Assembly: GCA_047495785.1 (NCBI GenBank) | Contig: JBLDXI010000074.1 | Span: forward strand, 558,001-622,000 | Direction: 5' to 3' | DNA: 64,000 nucleotides | Source of the DNA: Lepidodermella squamata | Taxonomy: Eukaryota > Animalia > Gastrotricha | In this document: positions 34,501-48,560 of the stretch, in pieces | Layout: each line of letters starts with the position of its first letter | Position numbering within the stretch: position 1 is the first letter of the stretch | Notes under the pieces: model-generated | Told to the model about the DNA's origin: nothing | Database searches by the model: none | What the model saw: the letters and a program-made list of their open reading frames with translations, nothing else | Program-made: the position numbers and the translations under genes

Positions 34501-37500
34501 GTGTCTGGCCTTCCAAGCCCGTTCTCGTATTCTCCTATTGAAGTACTTATAGCGACTATACAAGCAAAATACGATGCTTATAGATCGAACATAATGCTTA
34601 CAAATTATAGCATGAGTACGAAATCAAGGCAGCAAAATCTACATCAATATACACAGCAGCGAATAATTATATTAATGGCTTATATCGAGCGTAAATTAAG
34701 GCGACAAGTGGCGTCGCCAATTTTCACACACCGCACCTGAGCCGACGGCGCACCGATTTTCGGCGGACGCGCGTGCCCTCACTTGTAACGCGATCGGGCC
34801 TTTCATTACAACAACTACAGCAACATTATTACGGCTGCTTAATAAAATATACACCCTAATAAGGCTAATGCCGCCTACCTATAGCAGCCGCAGCAATAAA
34901 CAGCAGACATGAGGCTCAGCTCAACATTTTTACATTGTGTTGAATTATGGCCCGGCGATCAAGCTATCATTGTTTGAAATCACCGCCGCATCGCGTCGCT
35001 TTACGTAGGATTTTTATGTTTTTATGGCGCCCACACATACAACAATATTAAGGTGGTATCATCGTTATTAAGCCCAGCCTAATAAAGCGCTATTTTTATT
35101 ACGCACGAGACATGTGAGTCGCCTCCAATTTGCAGCTGCGCGCTTGTAAAAGTAAAGAGTGAAGCTCATTATTTAGTCATGCCAGGAAACAAAAAGATCA
35201 AACAAAAATCGGAGAATTATTTAGCAAAAATATTATTATTTCCTTAAACTAGAATAGCTTAAATTTCGAAATGAAATAGAAAAACTGGGTTAACATCGTT
35301 AGAAAGACATTATCGGTCTATAATTTCCGAGGAAAAACGCGCATAATATTTGCATTATTTTGTGACATGACGTAAAACGGCAATAGTTAGGCCACGACTC
35401 GCCTAGTTTTTCCCGCGTAAACAGGTAAAATGCTGGAAAAATCGAAAAAATTTCTCGGTTTTATAAATGTAATGGCCGAAATTTCGAGCCTCAAAGACGC
35501 TGTGAAATTTGTTGCGGAATCGAATGCGTAAAAGCGTGGTTTAGCAGCGAGAGGTGTCTATAAATTTTATGGTCCTGAGTTGCAACAAAGGGACTTGCAA
35601 AAATAAACGCTGAAAACAATTGACTCTAAAAGAAACACGAGCCGCGTAATAGTTAACAACAAAAACAAAATACGATGAGGTTTATGTACTATATTAGGCG
35701 CAAATTATTACGCGCGCGCACGGTGACACAAAACGCGTCAAACAGAGTGTTTCGAAAATAAATTCACTTTGTAGTAGGATAATAATAATAATAAAGATAA
35801 CAGCGATTCACAACAATGATAAAAGAGTTTTGCGGTTGTCATCAAGCACGATATCTTGAGTTTTTGCTTGCAACAAATGTTGTAACAAATTTCTTCAAGT
35901 CGCGTGTTCGCTATTTTACCCACCACCTGGTGTCGCGCGCGCGCGCTCGTGCGCGACTATATTATAAAATAAATAGCAATAATTGCCGACACGTGTTTTC
36001 CTCACTCGCGACAAAAAAAGAGGTTGAGAAATATAAATTGCGGCTATTGAGTCTGACTTTTTTGTTTGTCGCCGTGTGACCACGATGATATAAGGCTCCG
36101 GCATCCAGTATGCGCATCAAAGAGACATCATCGTCGAGTAAATAAACCTTGGCCACATGTGTGTTGTTGTTATTTTTCGGCATCGATACATGGGTAGAGC
36201 CGTAAAAGGAACGACCTGCTTTTCGCAAAAAAAATAATAACGGGAAGTGGCGGATTTTTCGGTCAACATCCATGAGATATCGCACTGGTCGCGGGAAAAT
36301 ACCCGCGATTATATAATGTGATGACAAAAAATAAAGCGGCATTTAGGAGAGGCTATTATGACCTTATTACAGGGTAAGCATATAATGTAACGAAATAAAG
36401 CAGGCTTTTAGACACTTGAGCGGAGATGATGGCCACTGCTAGGGCGTGTTGTATTATGCACCCCATACCCAAATTTTTGGGCTGTTTTTTTATCCTTATC
36501 TCCGTTCGCTGTAATGACAGCAAGTTTGACCGTAAATAAGCCTAATTTAATATAGGTTAAGCCTATTAACATTTTAGAAATGATGCTACCCCGGCTTATA
36601 TATGGAAAAATTATTTATAAAAATATGATAAAAATCCGGGAAAAATAAAATAATTACAAAACCAAATGGTTTCATCAAATTATTAGGAAAAAATAATGAA
36701 ATGAGGAAGGATAAAAAGATAATCTCAGCATAATCCCATTTAATTGTTATCAAAAAGTAGAGCCATAAAATTTCCGAACCCCCTAGCTGCTCAAGGTCGT
36801 ATATATCAATAATTTTCAAAAAAATTAAATTTTTTCGATTCAATAACCATGCAAACTAATTTTTTGAAACGGATAGCTATGATACTATTTTAGCGGTGGT
36901 TTTTTGCTGAGAAGGTCAAGAGCCAAAAAAGCCAATTGCACCCCCTAATAGCTGAGGGCAGTTGAGGTGTTACAAAAAAAGAAGCGTCTCTCGTTCAATT
37001 AAATATTGAAACAATGCGCTAAGCGCAAAAAAACCTGGCAGGTATGATATCTACGGGTCGCTTACACCCCATAGTGTTAGGATAAGATGATGATAATGAT
37101 GATTTGCCTTCGCGCCGATAACACAGCTTAACGATAGTTATATATATGTATAATAACGCAGAAAAATCTGTTGTAGTTAACACCTGGCTGCTGAAAAAAC
37201 GCGAGGCTTATAGCCGGCGAAAAAACCGCCTCCCCAGTCCACAGCAGGGTGTTGTAAGTGATATATAGTTTAGTTGTGATAATAATCGTACAAATGATAG
37301 CCGTAGGGCAAAACTGCACGAGCCGGCAGACAGACGAAAAAAAAAGATAAAAATTAGTGTGATTATTAAAGCAACAGGTAGGCTATGTAGTAATAACAAT
37401 AAAGACACGTGGCGTTGGGTATATCAGGAAAAATTGTTCAGCAGAGTTATAATTCACGGTGAATTGATTAATATAGATAAATCCCGGTTTTTTCCTTATT

Positions 37501-40500
37501 GGCAAGATAATAATGTAAACAGTTTTTGTTTATGCGACGAAAAATGCAAGGCACGTCGATGATCAGAAAAAATAATAATATTATAAAATTAACAGGTAAA
37601 GGAACGGAATTTTCTTTTTGGCTATATTATATACATATAGTATATAAAAGAGGCTGTGTTTTTTGTTACGCATCGTCGACATTCATCCAAGTGGATGTAT
37701 AGGCAGAAACGCGGTAGTTAACCTATCTATCTTAAAAGAAGAAGAAGCGCCTATTTTTTTCTGATATATTTTTCATCGCACATTATTACGATGTTATATA
37801 AAAAGGCGCGTGCGCATCGTAACAAGACACTCATCGAGAGAATGGGCCAATTCATCACTATTTTTATTATCATTTCTCCGAAAAATATTATCACATTTTT
37901 CGGCGTACCGAGCAGCTCAGGTGCAAAATTAGCGGTTAAAAAATAATATTAAGACGGGTGTAATAAATAATAAAAAAGCTTGATATCATTTAAGTAGGGT
38001 CATTATTTGCGATCACCCTAATGCAAAGGAATGTTGGCCAGTCGTATAGTATAAGTAATTAGACCGATAATAGCGCTGTATAATATACGATAAACAGAGG
38101 AAAAGTTGCGACTTTGCCTACCCTCGTTCCGTGAAAGGGCGCGACCTTTTATGTATGCATGGTGATTCATGCATGTGTTACAGTTATACCGGAAAGCAAA
38201 CAGGCCAGACCTTCTGTATATGAATGAATATCAAACCATCAAAAGGCGGCCTGTATAGTAATAAATTCGCACGATTACGCAACTGATGTTTTGTATCCAG
38301 GGCGCGTTTCGCCTCATCATCATCATCATCAGGTGGGTAAAAGCTAGCGTTTGTTGTTATTGTTTGCTATTATTATACCTATACTTACTTCAAATTGAGG
38401 GCAGAACTCGCACGGTTGGTATAAACATTAGTAATTATCATCGTTAAAATGCATACATACATTCATCCTCACCTTTGCGGTTTTGCTGTAGACAAAACAG
38501 TGGATCAAGATTTTCGCGATATGGCGTCGCGAAAGAAATCTGCTAGGAAGAACTTGATCGCGTTGAAACAATATGCTAGTAATTAACGGATTGAAAAATT
38601 TATCTGCATCGCGCTCACTCGACATTAATTTATTATTAAGAGGCCGTGTATAATAGATAAAACAATAACAATCAAGTAATTGTCGAGAGATGAGATGGGA
38701 CGCAAAACAACAATAAAACGGTATGAAGATGCTAGGTAAATCTATAGACATAATTTACTTCATGTGCGAGAGAGAGTGTGTGTTATTTTCGATTATTTAT
38801 TAACGAATATTTATATTTTATTAGAGACATGCGCGCGCGTGGCACTTTGCGCGCAAGCTGTGCGCACTTTATAACGCGCATCACGAGGGCCGGGTTAATG
38901 TTATCTTAGGTATAATAAGAGAGATTCCGAGTCCAAATAACGATGGGGGCCCCGGCTTTTTGCCGCTGCTAAACAAAAACAACAACAACGGCGATGAAAA
39001 GGCTCAAGGACAGGCTCGAGATGAAGCCCGCTGATATACCGTATACTAATACATATTCTATTTGCTAATGGCAACAACGCGGCGATTAGCAGCGACGTTT
39101 ATACCAATTTGATGGGCCAATGTTTGAACACAGATAACAATAATAACTTACATCGAAAGGTTTTTCCTAACACTCAAGTAAGAATTAGCGTGAAATGTGG
39201 CGTGGCAGCTTACAAATCACCCAGCCGCGTTATACATTATATTTTATCGGAAAAAGATTGAAAGGTAAACACAATTGTTGATGGGCGCATTATTTCCGAC
39301 AGACGCGCTACATTTGTAATAATAATTTTCTCGCTTGATCGGATGCGCATTTACTACAGGAATGAAAAGTGAATTTAAATTTAAAAATGGCGTATATCAG
39401 GGAAATAAAGCTTGACCTCCTCCAACAAAAGAGCAATTATCTCATTGAAATTTTAATTAATTTTTTTTAATTACGCTGAAGTTGAGGCAACATATTATTT
39501 ATTAGCCAAAATGGGATAAAAAATTCGAGCACAAAAGTGGCATTATTTAATACACTACCGGCTGCTAGAATTGAATATAGTTCGACTGCCTGCGAAAAAC
39601 AATGTTTTATTAGTATTAATTATTAAAAATTTTATACAGCGCTCCTAAAAACAACATTGTTCGATAGGTGTAGAGGTAATAACCTAAAATAACAACGACG
39701 CATAATAATGTTACCGTGTATTTTTGCCGATCAGGGGCGTCTAAATTAGCGGTAAATTTCGTAAATAATGAAAATAATCAGTGTGCGCGCGCAATAAAAA
39801 ACTGTCACTTTTGAGCGTGTTTATTACCTGAATTTATAGTTACTATATATTGTTTTCTTCATAACGCGCCAAACAGCCCAACTGATGTTTTTGTTTGTTT
39901 CCCCGATCCGCCAAGCTTACCGCTGACCAGCCACCTAAAAATGAATACAGCGTGGAAAAAACTCAGGTTATATATCGAATTATATTATGCCTCCACCTTA
40001 ATTGATATAAAAAGTTGCGTGGGAAGAAATTTAGCCGCCGGCCGACCGTAACCATCAGCGTTTGTCACGTCTGGCGCAAATAGGGTGCGACAAAAGTAAG
40101 CGGAAGCTATGCAGACGCAAATCTCGCCGTAATATATTACACAGATAACGATTATGGCGATGTAAAGATGGCTACCTGTAAACAACGTCAGCAGTTGCGC
40201 TTTCTAGAGGCGGCACTTGGCCGCGCCCGGTTGAAAAATAGCGAGCAACGGCGAAAAAATAATAATAATAATAATAAAACGCTCATCATCTCGCGAGAGA
40301 CAAATGAAGTAGGGCAATCTTATCATTAATCATCGCTAGATAGACTGCTACTATGTTAAGGCGGTGAGGCACTTCAAGTTCAAATATATGCGCAACGTGA
40401 TCTATTAATATTGTCTCAGGGCGGGCGCGCGCATCCTCTCTCTTTTTCGCGCGCCGCTCAACTTCCGCGCTAGTTCAAGTCTAGGTTAAGCAAACAGCCG

Positions 40501-41213
40501 CACCTGACTGTAATAATGGCGATGGGCTCTTTCAAACAACTTGTTCATAAATGCAAATTAATAATGATAACAATAAACTTCCCATCACGCCTCAAGTGGT
40601 TGAAACTGCGAGCTCGAGAGGCGGCCGCACTTTGATTTCGTCGAGAGAGGTTCCACTTTTTGAAACAATGAATACTTACCTCAACAATTATTGTATGGCA
40701 TGTTTGATCTAGGGCGTCGCTGCCCTGAAAAAACCTTGACCGACGCCAATTAGTTTCCGCCTGCATGTGTGTGTGAGATGATAATAAATATCGTCACCTT
40801 TTGGTACACAGTTTAGGCGTCGAAAAAGACGCCGCCTTAAAAAGGCGCCGTATAATGTTGAACATACATGCACAAGAAATTGTTTCTTTTTATTGCTGCT
40901 GAACATTCTCATTAAGGCGGTGTTTTGTGATTGTATAACATTAGCGTAAAACGGGTCATAATGTGAGCAAAGTTGCTAAAAAATTTCGTTTCGAAGATGT
41001 TGGTATTTCGTATTGATTTCCGGCGATAGTGCGGCTTGTTCGGTAATTCATCGATTTTTTTACGCATTTTATGCATACGTAACTATCATCCATCTCCCAC
41101 TGAGTTTGCGTCTACTACAGGAGCAATGTAGTGCAAACGATTTTAGTCGCCGCGTGCGAAGCGATACATTTATTTACCCATTTTTTCGTGTTTTATACCT
41201 TTGAGCGATATAA

Positions 41214-41869
41214 ATGGCTGGGCTAACGGTATGTATAACAACAATAAAGTGAGCAACTTTGCGTTTTATCTCTCATCTTTTCAGCCATTTGAGCAGTTGA
41301 TCGATGCGATTATAAACGGGCGAGAAGAAGATGTCGAGAACGCACTCGACAAGGCCTGTATTGAAATCAATGCGCAGGATGATCGATGGCAAGAGACGCC
41401 TTTGCACTGGGCAACTCAAATGAATCGGCCTAACATCGTGCTTAGTTTGCTGAGACGAGGAGCCTCGGTCAGCTTGGTTGATTTCACAGGATTGACTCCT
41501 CTACACCGGCCAGCTGGAAATGGATTTCTTGAAATCGTAGAGATCCTTGTCGAGAGAGGGGCTGACGTTAACGCGGCAGCAAATTTTGGCTGGACGCCGC
41601 TACATATGGCGGCGGACACTGGACGGAAAGAAATCTGCGAATTCCTGCTTCGGAAGGGAGCAAATCCAGACCCGGCAACTGAAGAAGGACTATTGACGCC
41701 TCTTCATCGAGCAGCATTTAACGGTCACGAAGAAACAGTCGCAGTTCTCATTCAAAATGGTGCCAATATAAATGCTATTAGCAAATCAGGGGACAGCCCT
41801 TCTACCTTAGCATCCACGAATGGCCATTTAAAAATCGTTGCCTTACTCAAGTCAAAAGGTGCAACATAA
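41214..41869 (+). CDS. Small ankyrin-repeat protein (exons 41214-41228, 41285-41869)
   Basis: MAGLT|PFEQ... via a GTATGT...TTTTCAG 56-nt intron; consensus-like repeats ETPLHWA, LTPLHRPAGNG, WTPLHMAADTG, LTPLHRAAFNG; AATAAA near 41915. Confidence 0.85.
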
Positions 41870-43198
41870 TTCTCGTCTCAGGTCAAGTATAGCACGAAAA
41901 TAATTTTATGTGACAATAAACGGTCATCGCAACTATCCGGAAATGATGTTGTTTGAGAACAGCCGCCGATATTTCATGCACCAATTCAAGATACATAAAA
42001 TCGCGGGGTGTTAGCTCTCGCCGATAAGTTTCGATAGGATTTAAAATTTTGACGAAAGTTTGATCGCGTTTGATAGCTTAGGTGTTAGCAGCTGATATTA
42101 AGAGTGGTCGTTGATTTGCATGGCAAATGCGGTGTCATGAGTCTGACTTGGGACTTACACAGCGTAAGCTTTATATTCATTGAAAATAACCAGAATGATC
42201 GAAATGATACAAGCAAGATCTTCAAAAATACCGAACAATTAAGTATCAACAGTAACACAATAGGTTATCAAGGCATAATTACAGTTGAAAGTACAACAAA
42301 CATACCTAACAATGTTCCCGAGTTCCTTACATGCGTCCGTGCGGATGCTTGATCTTGCACCATCATAGCAATCACTCAACCAAATTGTTAGAATTCCACT
42401 TAGCAGCAACCATAAAGTTCTATTCGTTAGACATCACACGCTACGATTTAGCATCCTCCAACCAATGCTACTTCTTTCTTCTTCGTCTTCTTTCTCACTT
42501 CTTTCACCCGTCGCCTCTCCTGACTCAGAAATCCCTAATCCAAAAAATTTCTTCAAAATTACTGCGGCAGAAATAACATGTAAAATAAATTCTAAGTATT
42601 TTTAATTATTTACATTTTATATTTTAGCAGTAAATTGATTAAATAAAGTTTTTAGTTTTTCGTTTTCACCCCTATTTAATGACTGTGCAGCAAATACCAG
42701 CTGACCGAGCACGAGGTCTTTTTTCGACTTCAATCCTTGGGTGTTGCAATTTTTAACCGTCCTAGCGCGATGAGTCATGTTCAATCGGCTATCAGCGGAA
42801 TTTTGTCTCTTCCGGATTATAATAGCAGGCCATATTTTCTCTTTCAGCGACGCATTTCGAAATGGCATATGAATTCAGGATTTGCCTATAATCTAAAATG
42901 CTGTCGCGATCTTTGATTTCACTCTGCAATTCGCATCACTGAAGCGAGCTAATCATGTTTCATGTTTCTTTTAAATTATAGCTTAAAGCTGCTAGCTGGT
43001 TCTTTGTGACTCCTCATATGACTGCATATGATGCATGCACTAGACTGGAAGTGTTCAGGAGGTTAGTTGTATGTTGTTGACCCATTATCGCCTTGAACAC
43101 GAGACATGCCACACTGTTGTGATCCTATAGTTCTCGATTCCTTGATTTATTTAAAACTACCGCTTTTGTTAGATATCAAGCTTTATTCTGATATTTAA

Positions 43199-44099
43199 AT
43201 GGCTCTGCGTACCCACTTTGAAGGAAGTAACGAGGTTGGTGTTTTCTCCAAATTGACAAACAGTTATTGTCTTGTCGCAATTGGAGGCTCCGAGAACTTC
43301 TACAGGTAAGGCGATCAAGGTCTACTCTGTCAATTGAATCATATGCTGTGATTACAGTGTCTTTGAGGCGGAATTGGAAGGCATTTTGCCAGTTTGTCAC
43401 ATTTCTTTGGCTGGATGCCGAATCATTGGCAGGATGTGCGTAGGCAACCGTCACGGATTGCTCGTTCCTCACACAACCACTGATCAAGAACTTCAGCATA
43501 TTCGTAACTCCCTTCCTGACAGCGTCGTTGTCCAACGTGTCGAAGAACGTCTGTCAGCCCTGGGCAACGTAATTTCCTGCAACGACTACGTCGGAATCGT
43601 CCACCCAGACCTTGACAAAGAAACCGAGGAAATTATTTCAGATGTTCTCAAGATCGAAGTGTTCAGGCAAACTGTTGCGAATAATGTTCTTGTTGGGTCT
43701 TATGCTGTTGTAACTAATCAAGGTGCCTTGGTAAGTCAAACTGAATGAATGCAGGCTAATCATCTCTAATTTTCACATTCTAGGTGCATCCGAGAACTTC
43801 TCCAGAAGAACAAGACGAGTTATCCTCACTTCTCCAAGTACCTCTCATAGTGAGTGTTGAATGAAATTCTTGAGATGTGTGGATTGATTCTGATTTATTA
43901 GGCCGGTACCGTTAATCGCGGTAGTGATGTTATTGCAGCTGGCGTGGTCGTCAATGACTGGACTGCATTCTGCGGTTTGACCACGACCAGTACTGAACTG
44001 TCTGTCATCGAAAGCATCTTCCGCCTCGGACCGAATTCAGGCCCTGAGCAGATTGCGACAAAGCTTCGGCCTGCTCTGATGGAGAGCCACGTTGTTTAG
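43199..44099 (+). CDS. EIF6: Eukaryotic translation initiation factor 6 (exons 43199-43305, 43358-43730, 43784-43849, 43902-44099)
   Basis: [36 protein letters not shown]...[19 protein letters not shown]...[11 protein letters not shown]...[14 protein letters not shown]; AATAAA near 44156. Confidence 0.97.
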
Positions 44100-44459
44100 A
44101 TGGGGAAAAACTTGTGTTATAACTCTAAACTTTTTTCGTCTTGTATATGTGGATGAATAAAGCTTATTTGCGGGATACTTTACTCTTTGTTTTTACTTCT
44201 ATTTTTATTATGCTCGAGCTGATTAACAATAGTAATCTCAAACGGAAAACAATACAAAACAGGAACTGAAATTAGAAAAAACGACATGTTGGTAAGTTAT
44301 TCCGTTTGCAATTTCGAGGGATTTGAGGGTTTATGTACAAATAGATTTCGTCTGGGCGTAGTTTCGGTGGTAAAATAAACATGGTTCTAGATTTGCTATT
44401 TAGCATTAAACAATATAGAGAATCTGATAATGTGGTAGACTACAAAACACGCTCGAGTT

Positions 44460-47400
44460 TTACGCGCTGGTAAGCGAGCTGCAGAAGGAGGCGCAGTCCT
44501 CGTTGTTGTCGAAGTTGTTGCCGCCTTCGACCGGGCACACGTTATAGTTGAACGTTGTGCATTTCCGCGTTGAAGCGTCAAACCACGTTCGGTTAGCGAC
44601 TCGTTTCGTTTCATCACAGTCGTAGAGGCCCGTTGCTGGGTTGCCGCGACACCGTGCAGCTCGCACAGTCTCAGCAACACCTATTTCAAACAAAAATTTG
44701 ACAAAATTTAGCCATAGAGGAATAAAATTCAAAAGAAATTTAAAAAGGCTTCAATTTATATCTGGAATAAATTCCTAAAATAAACGGAGATTTGGGACAA
44801 TTCAATTTTTTACCGTTGCAAATGGTGCCACAGGCCGATCTCGACGGGAAATTGTTGCCCGTTAGGCGAACGCAGCCGTTGAATGCAATGCACGCATTGC
44901 TATTCGCCGAGAAGTACCACCTGACCGCTTTTTCACCCAAGCAATTACCGAAATCGGTATCGCGAATCGGGTTCCGCTGGCACCGATCCGGCGAGTTGTT
45001 GCTAGTCGCCGGGCTCAGAGCCGGAGGGGATTGAGACGGGGCAGACTGGGGTGATGCACTGCCGCATGATGCTAAACAGTCATCCTTAGTCGCCCAGTTA
45101 TTGCCGCCATTCGGGTTGATGCACCCCTGGAACCCGACGCAAGTTGACGTGCCTTTGCTCCAGTAATAACGAATTTTCGTGTTATCACCAGGGCAAGCTC
45201 CGAAATCGACGCCTCGGACTGGGTTGACAGCGCAGCGACTCAAGGTGCTGGGTGTCGCGGGTGGTGGCTGAGTCGTGGGTGCCGGAGCAGCCGGGGGCGG
45301 GGTGACGGGTGATCCGGTCACACACGCTGCGTTGCAGTCGGCTGCAGTTGGGAAGTTGTTGGCCGTTGGTTGGGGGTTCAGGCAGCCCTGGAAGCCGATG
45401 CAGTTGCCGGTGTTGACGTTGTAGTAGTACCTAACAGAGTTGGGGGCTCCGCTGGGGCACGTGCCGAAATCAACGCCTCGGACGGGTTTCGTAGCACACC
45501 CTGAAAAATACAAATGTTCAGTTCAATTGGCAAAGAAATGTTGTCAGAAATGTTTCAAAAATTTGAGAAATTTGAAATATTTAGATGCCGCAAAATTTCA
45601 ATTTTTTAATAACTCGATCGAGTTCCATTTAAACTGATTTTTCAAAATTTGAGCAATTTTTGAATATCTGGCTTGATTTCCGAAAAATTCAGAAGTTTTC
45701 GAACAACAAATCAGGTTAAAGCACAGAGAAATTACCAATAATTCAAAGGTGAACTGTATTTTTGGCTGCAATTTGTGAATATTTTATGCAATTTTGCTCA
45801 TTTCTTAATTTTTGATTTCAATAATTGGATAATTTTTCAAGAAACAAATAAAAACAGTACGGTTTAAGGCAGGCTGTGTCGGTGCTGGCGTTGGCGCTGG
45901 TGTTTGAGCCGGAGCCTGAGTTACCGGAGATTGGCCTGAAAACAGCCATTTCAATAAAAAAATCAGCTTATATAAATCCTCGAAAAATACCTCCCAGACA
46001 AAGTGATGCGCAAGCGTCTTTTGTCGGGAAATTGTTGCCACCAGCCGGGTTTATGCAGCCCTGGAAGGCGACACATGTCACACTGACCGAGTTGTAGTAA
46101 TAACGGGTCAAAGAGTTGATTTCACCACAAGCTCCAAAATCTACTCCTCTAATCGGTTTTACAGCACAACCTGGAAAATAAATGAGAAATTTGAAATACA
46201 AATTTCTAATAAAATTGTCAACTCACGATCTCCAGAGGGTGCAGGCGGTGGTGTGGCTGGTGGAGGTGTTGGTATTGGGGTTGGAGCTGGCGTTGTTACA
46301 GCGGCTGAAAAAAAACCCGTAAATATTAACCTGATTATTTTGAATAAAAAATTACATGGCACGCAAAGTTCTTGGCAAATTGCTCTTAGTGCGAAATTGT
46401 TGGCCCCCGTGTTAGGGTTATCACAGCCCAGGAAGCCAACGCAAACACCGGTTGCGTTGTTGTAATAATAACGAGTCGTTTTAGCTCCGGGGCAGTTATT
46501 GAAGTCAACATCTCGGATCGGCTTGGCATTACATCCTAACAATAAAAAAATCGTAAAAAATTTGACCTAATTTCGACAGAAAAATTACTTGCAGGCCGCT
46601 GACCGCTCGGAGGTTGAGTGGTTGCTAGAAAATTGTAAAAAATTACAGTCATTTTTTACGACGTCTCAGGGTGGCTAAACAAACACCTGAGCACCAATAA
46701 GCGCAATCTTCTACTGAAGCGAAATTGTTAGCGTAAGGCGACGTTGGCAAGCAGCCCTGAATAGGCAAGCAAACGCCGGTTTTGTTGTTATAAACAGCCC
46801 GATTGAAAAGCGTTCCACACGTGAACGTATCCGTAGAAACAGGGCTTGAGCATCCTTTAGTAATGTTATAGAATTTGTTGTTAGCGCGAGTAGCAAAGTT
46901 AGTAGCTGAAAAAATGTTTGATTTATTCTAATTTTTCAAAATTTCTTACTTAGGAAAGGATTCGGCGGGGGCGTGAAAGCTGTAACAGTAGTCGGACCAC
47001 CAGGAGCTGGAGTCATAGGCGATGGGGTTGGTGGGAACAAAGTGGTACCTGAGAAAAAAATATTATTAAATTAAATATTTTTGAAAATTCTAAAAATTAT
47101 ATAAAAACTAATAAAAATACTGGAAACAATATTTTCATTTTTGTTTTAGATAATTTCGAATTCAGAAATTTATTTAATTTGAAATTCTAAAAAATTCTGA
47201 AAAAATTGCAAAATTTACCAGTATCGGTTGAGACGATCATTTGAAGGGCAGCTACACGAAGATCTTTCGTGGCACTTTGGAAGGAAACAGCTCCACCTTA
47301 AAAATTGGAACTATAACGGATCGTTTTAATTGTCTAGAAAATAATTACCAAGCGAATAAATGTCACTCGCGCTATTTAGCGCAATAAAGGTGCGGTAAAA

Positions 47401-48560
47401 GTTGAGTTTGTCCGCCTCGGCCGGCAGCGCCGAGAAGCGATCCGAATGCGGAACCGTGACCTTTGACGCATCGGTCGTCCACGAGTCGTAAAACATGCCG
47501 ATAACATCGCCCTGTTGCACGCTGATGGGCGTGACTACGCTGAACGTGTTCCAATTATCTTTACTAGCCGCGTAATTATTAATGACAGATTCTCCGATTA
47601 AAACGTAGCGAAACGCGTTGGCTGGATCTTGGCGCCATACGGATAAATGAAGGCCGTTGACGACGTCTGCTTTCGAAACGAAGTTCCAACTGACGACGCG
47701 GCCCGTGCACGGAATGCCGGCGTCGGAGAATATTTGTAAAGCGGACGATTTTTCGCGGTATACTTTGTAATCAGTCGCTACTCCTTGGATGTTCGGAACC
47801 GCACAGCCACCTTAATACAAATTGGAATTAAATTTCAAAGTTACTTATGCGTGAAAAGAGAACAATTAAAACTAAAAATTAGGGCAATTTTAACTATTTG
47901 AACTAAAACTGGAAAATTACGAGGTATTGTGATCTACTTCCAAATATAAAATCTGCCAAGATTCGTCAGGCGAAAAAATGGAAGTTATTAAAAATTGAGC
48001 TCAAAACTTTAATTCAAATTTTGAAACCAGTTAAAATGTAATGGAAAACAAAACAGACTATTTTCGAGTTGGAAATAAAATAAAGCTTTAATTGCAGCGT
48101 AATTATTTAGGATTCAACTTTCATTTACCTGGACAGGTAATATAATAGGAAAAATCGATCTTATCAAGGATCATCGTTGAAGTTGCGAAATTGAGGTTCC
48201 GGCGAATCCTCCATCCGGAGAAGTTCCGGAGAAAAATCAACTAATTAACCTAGTTAAGATTAATTTTTAATCTATCCTTATTTCTGATTTGTTCTGAATT
48301 GATTTAATTTAAAAGGCAATCCTAAAATATTGATCAAATAGATTGATTACTCCGCATAAATTTCCTACAAAACCTAAATGAAATTGGGTCCTTAATAAAA
48401 CTGAAAGTGTATTCATTACCTGGCTGGGCGTCAATTTCGTAGAAAATTAAGCTTGCACTGAAGAGGACAAAGGCTCCCTAGAATTAAAATTAAAAATGGA
48501 CAATTTTCAAAATGGCGGGACATTTAATCATTAGGAAATTACCAATCGGGCCAAATGCAT
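44460..48560 (-). CDS. Secreted multi-exon protein: signal peptide, N-terminal beta-rich domain, Pro/Thr linkers, seven atypical Kunitz/BPTI domains
   Basis: MHLARL|GAFVLFSASLIFYEIDAQ signal (exons 48560-48543, 48477-48420). Seven 6-Cys repeats with Kunitz hallmarks (RYYY, GC, NNF..C...C) in exons near 46690-46905, 46356-46535, 45991-46170, 44814-45500 (three) and 44460-44681. Confidence 0.85.

Noticed and set aside
42444-42868. Possible small basic two-exon gene on the minus strand ending KKTKKKEVALVGGC
   Set aside because: Splice sites can be forced in frame, but there is no homology or independent support.
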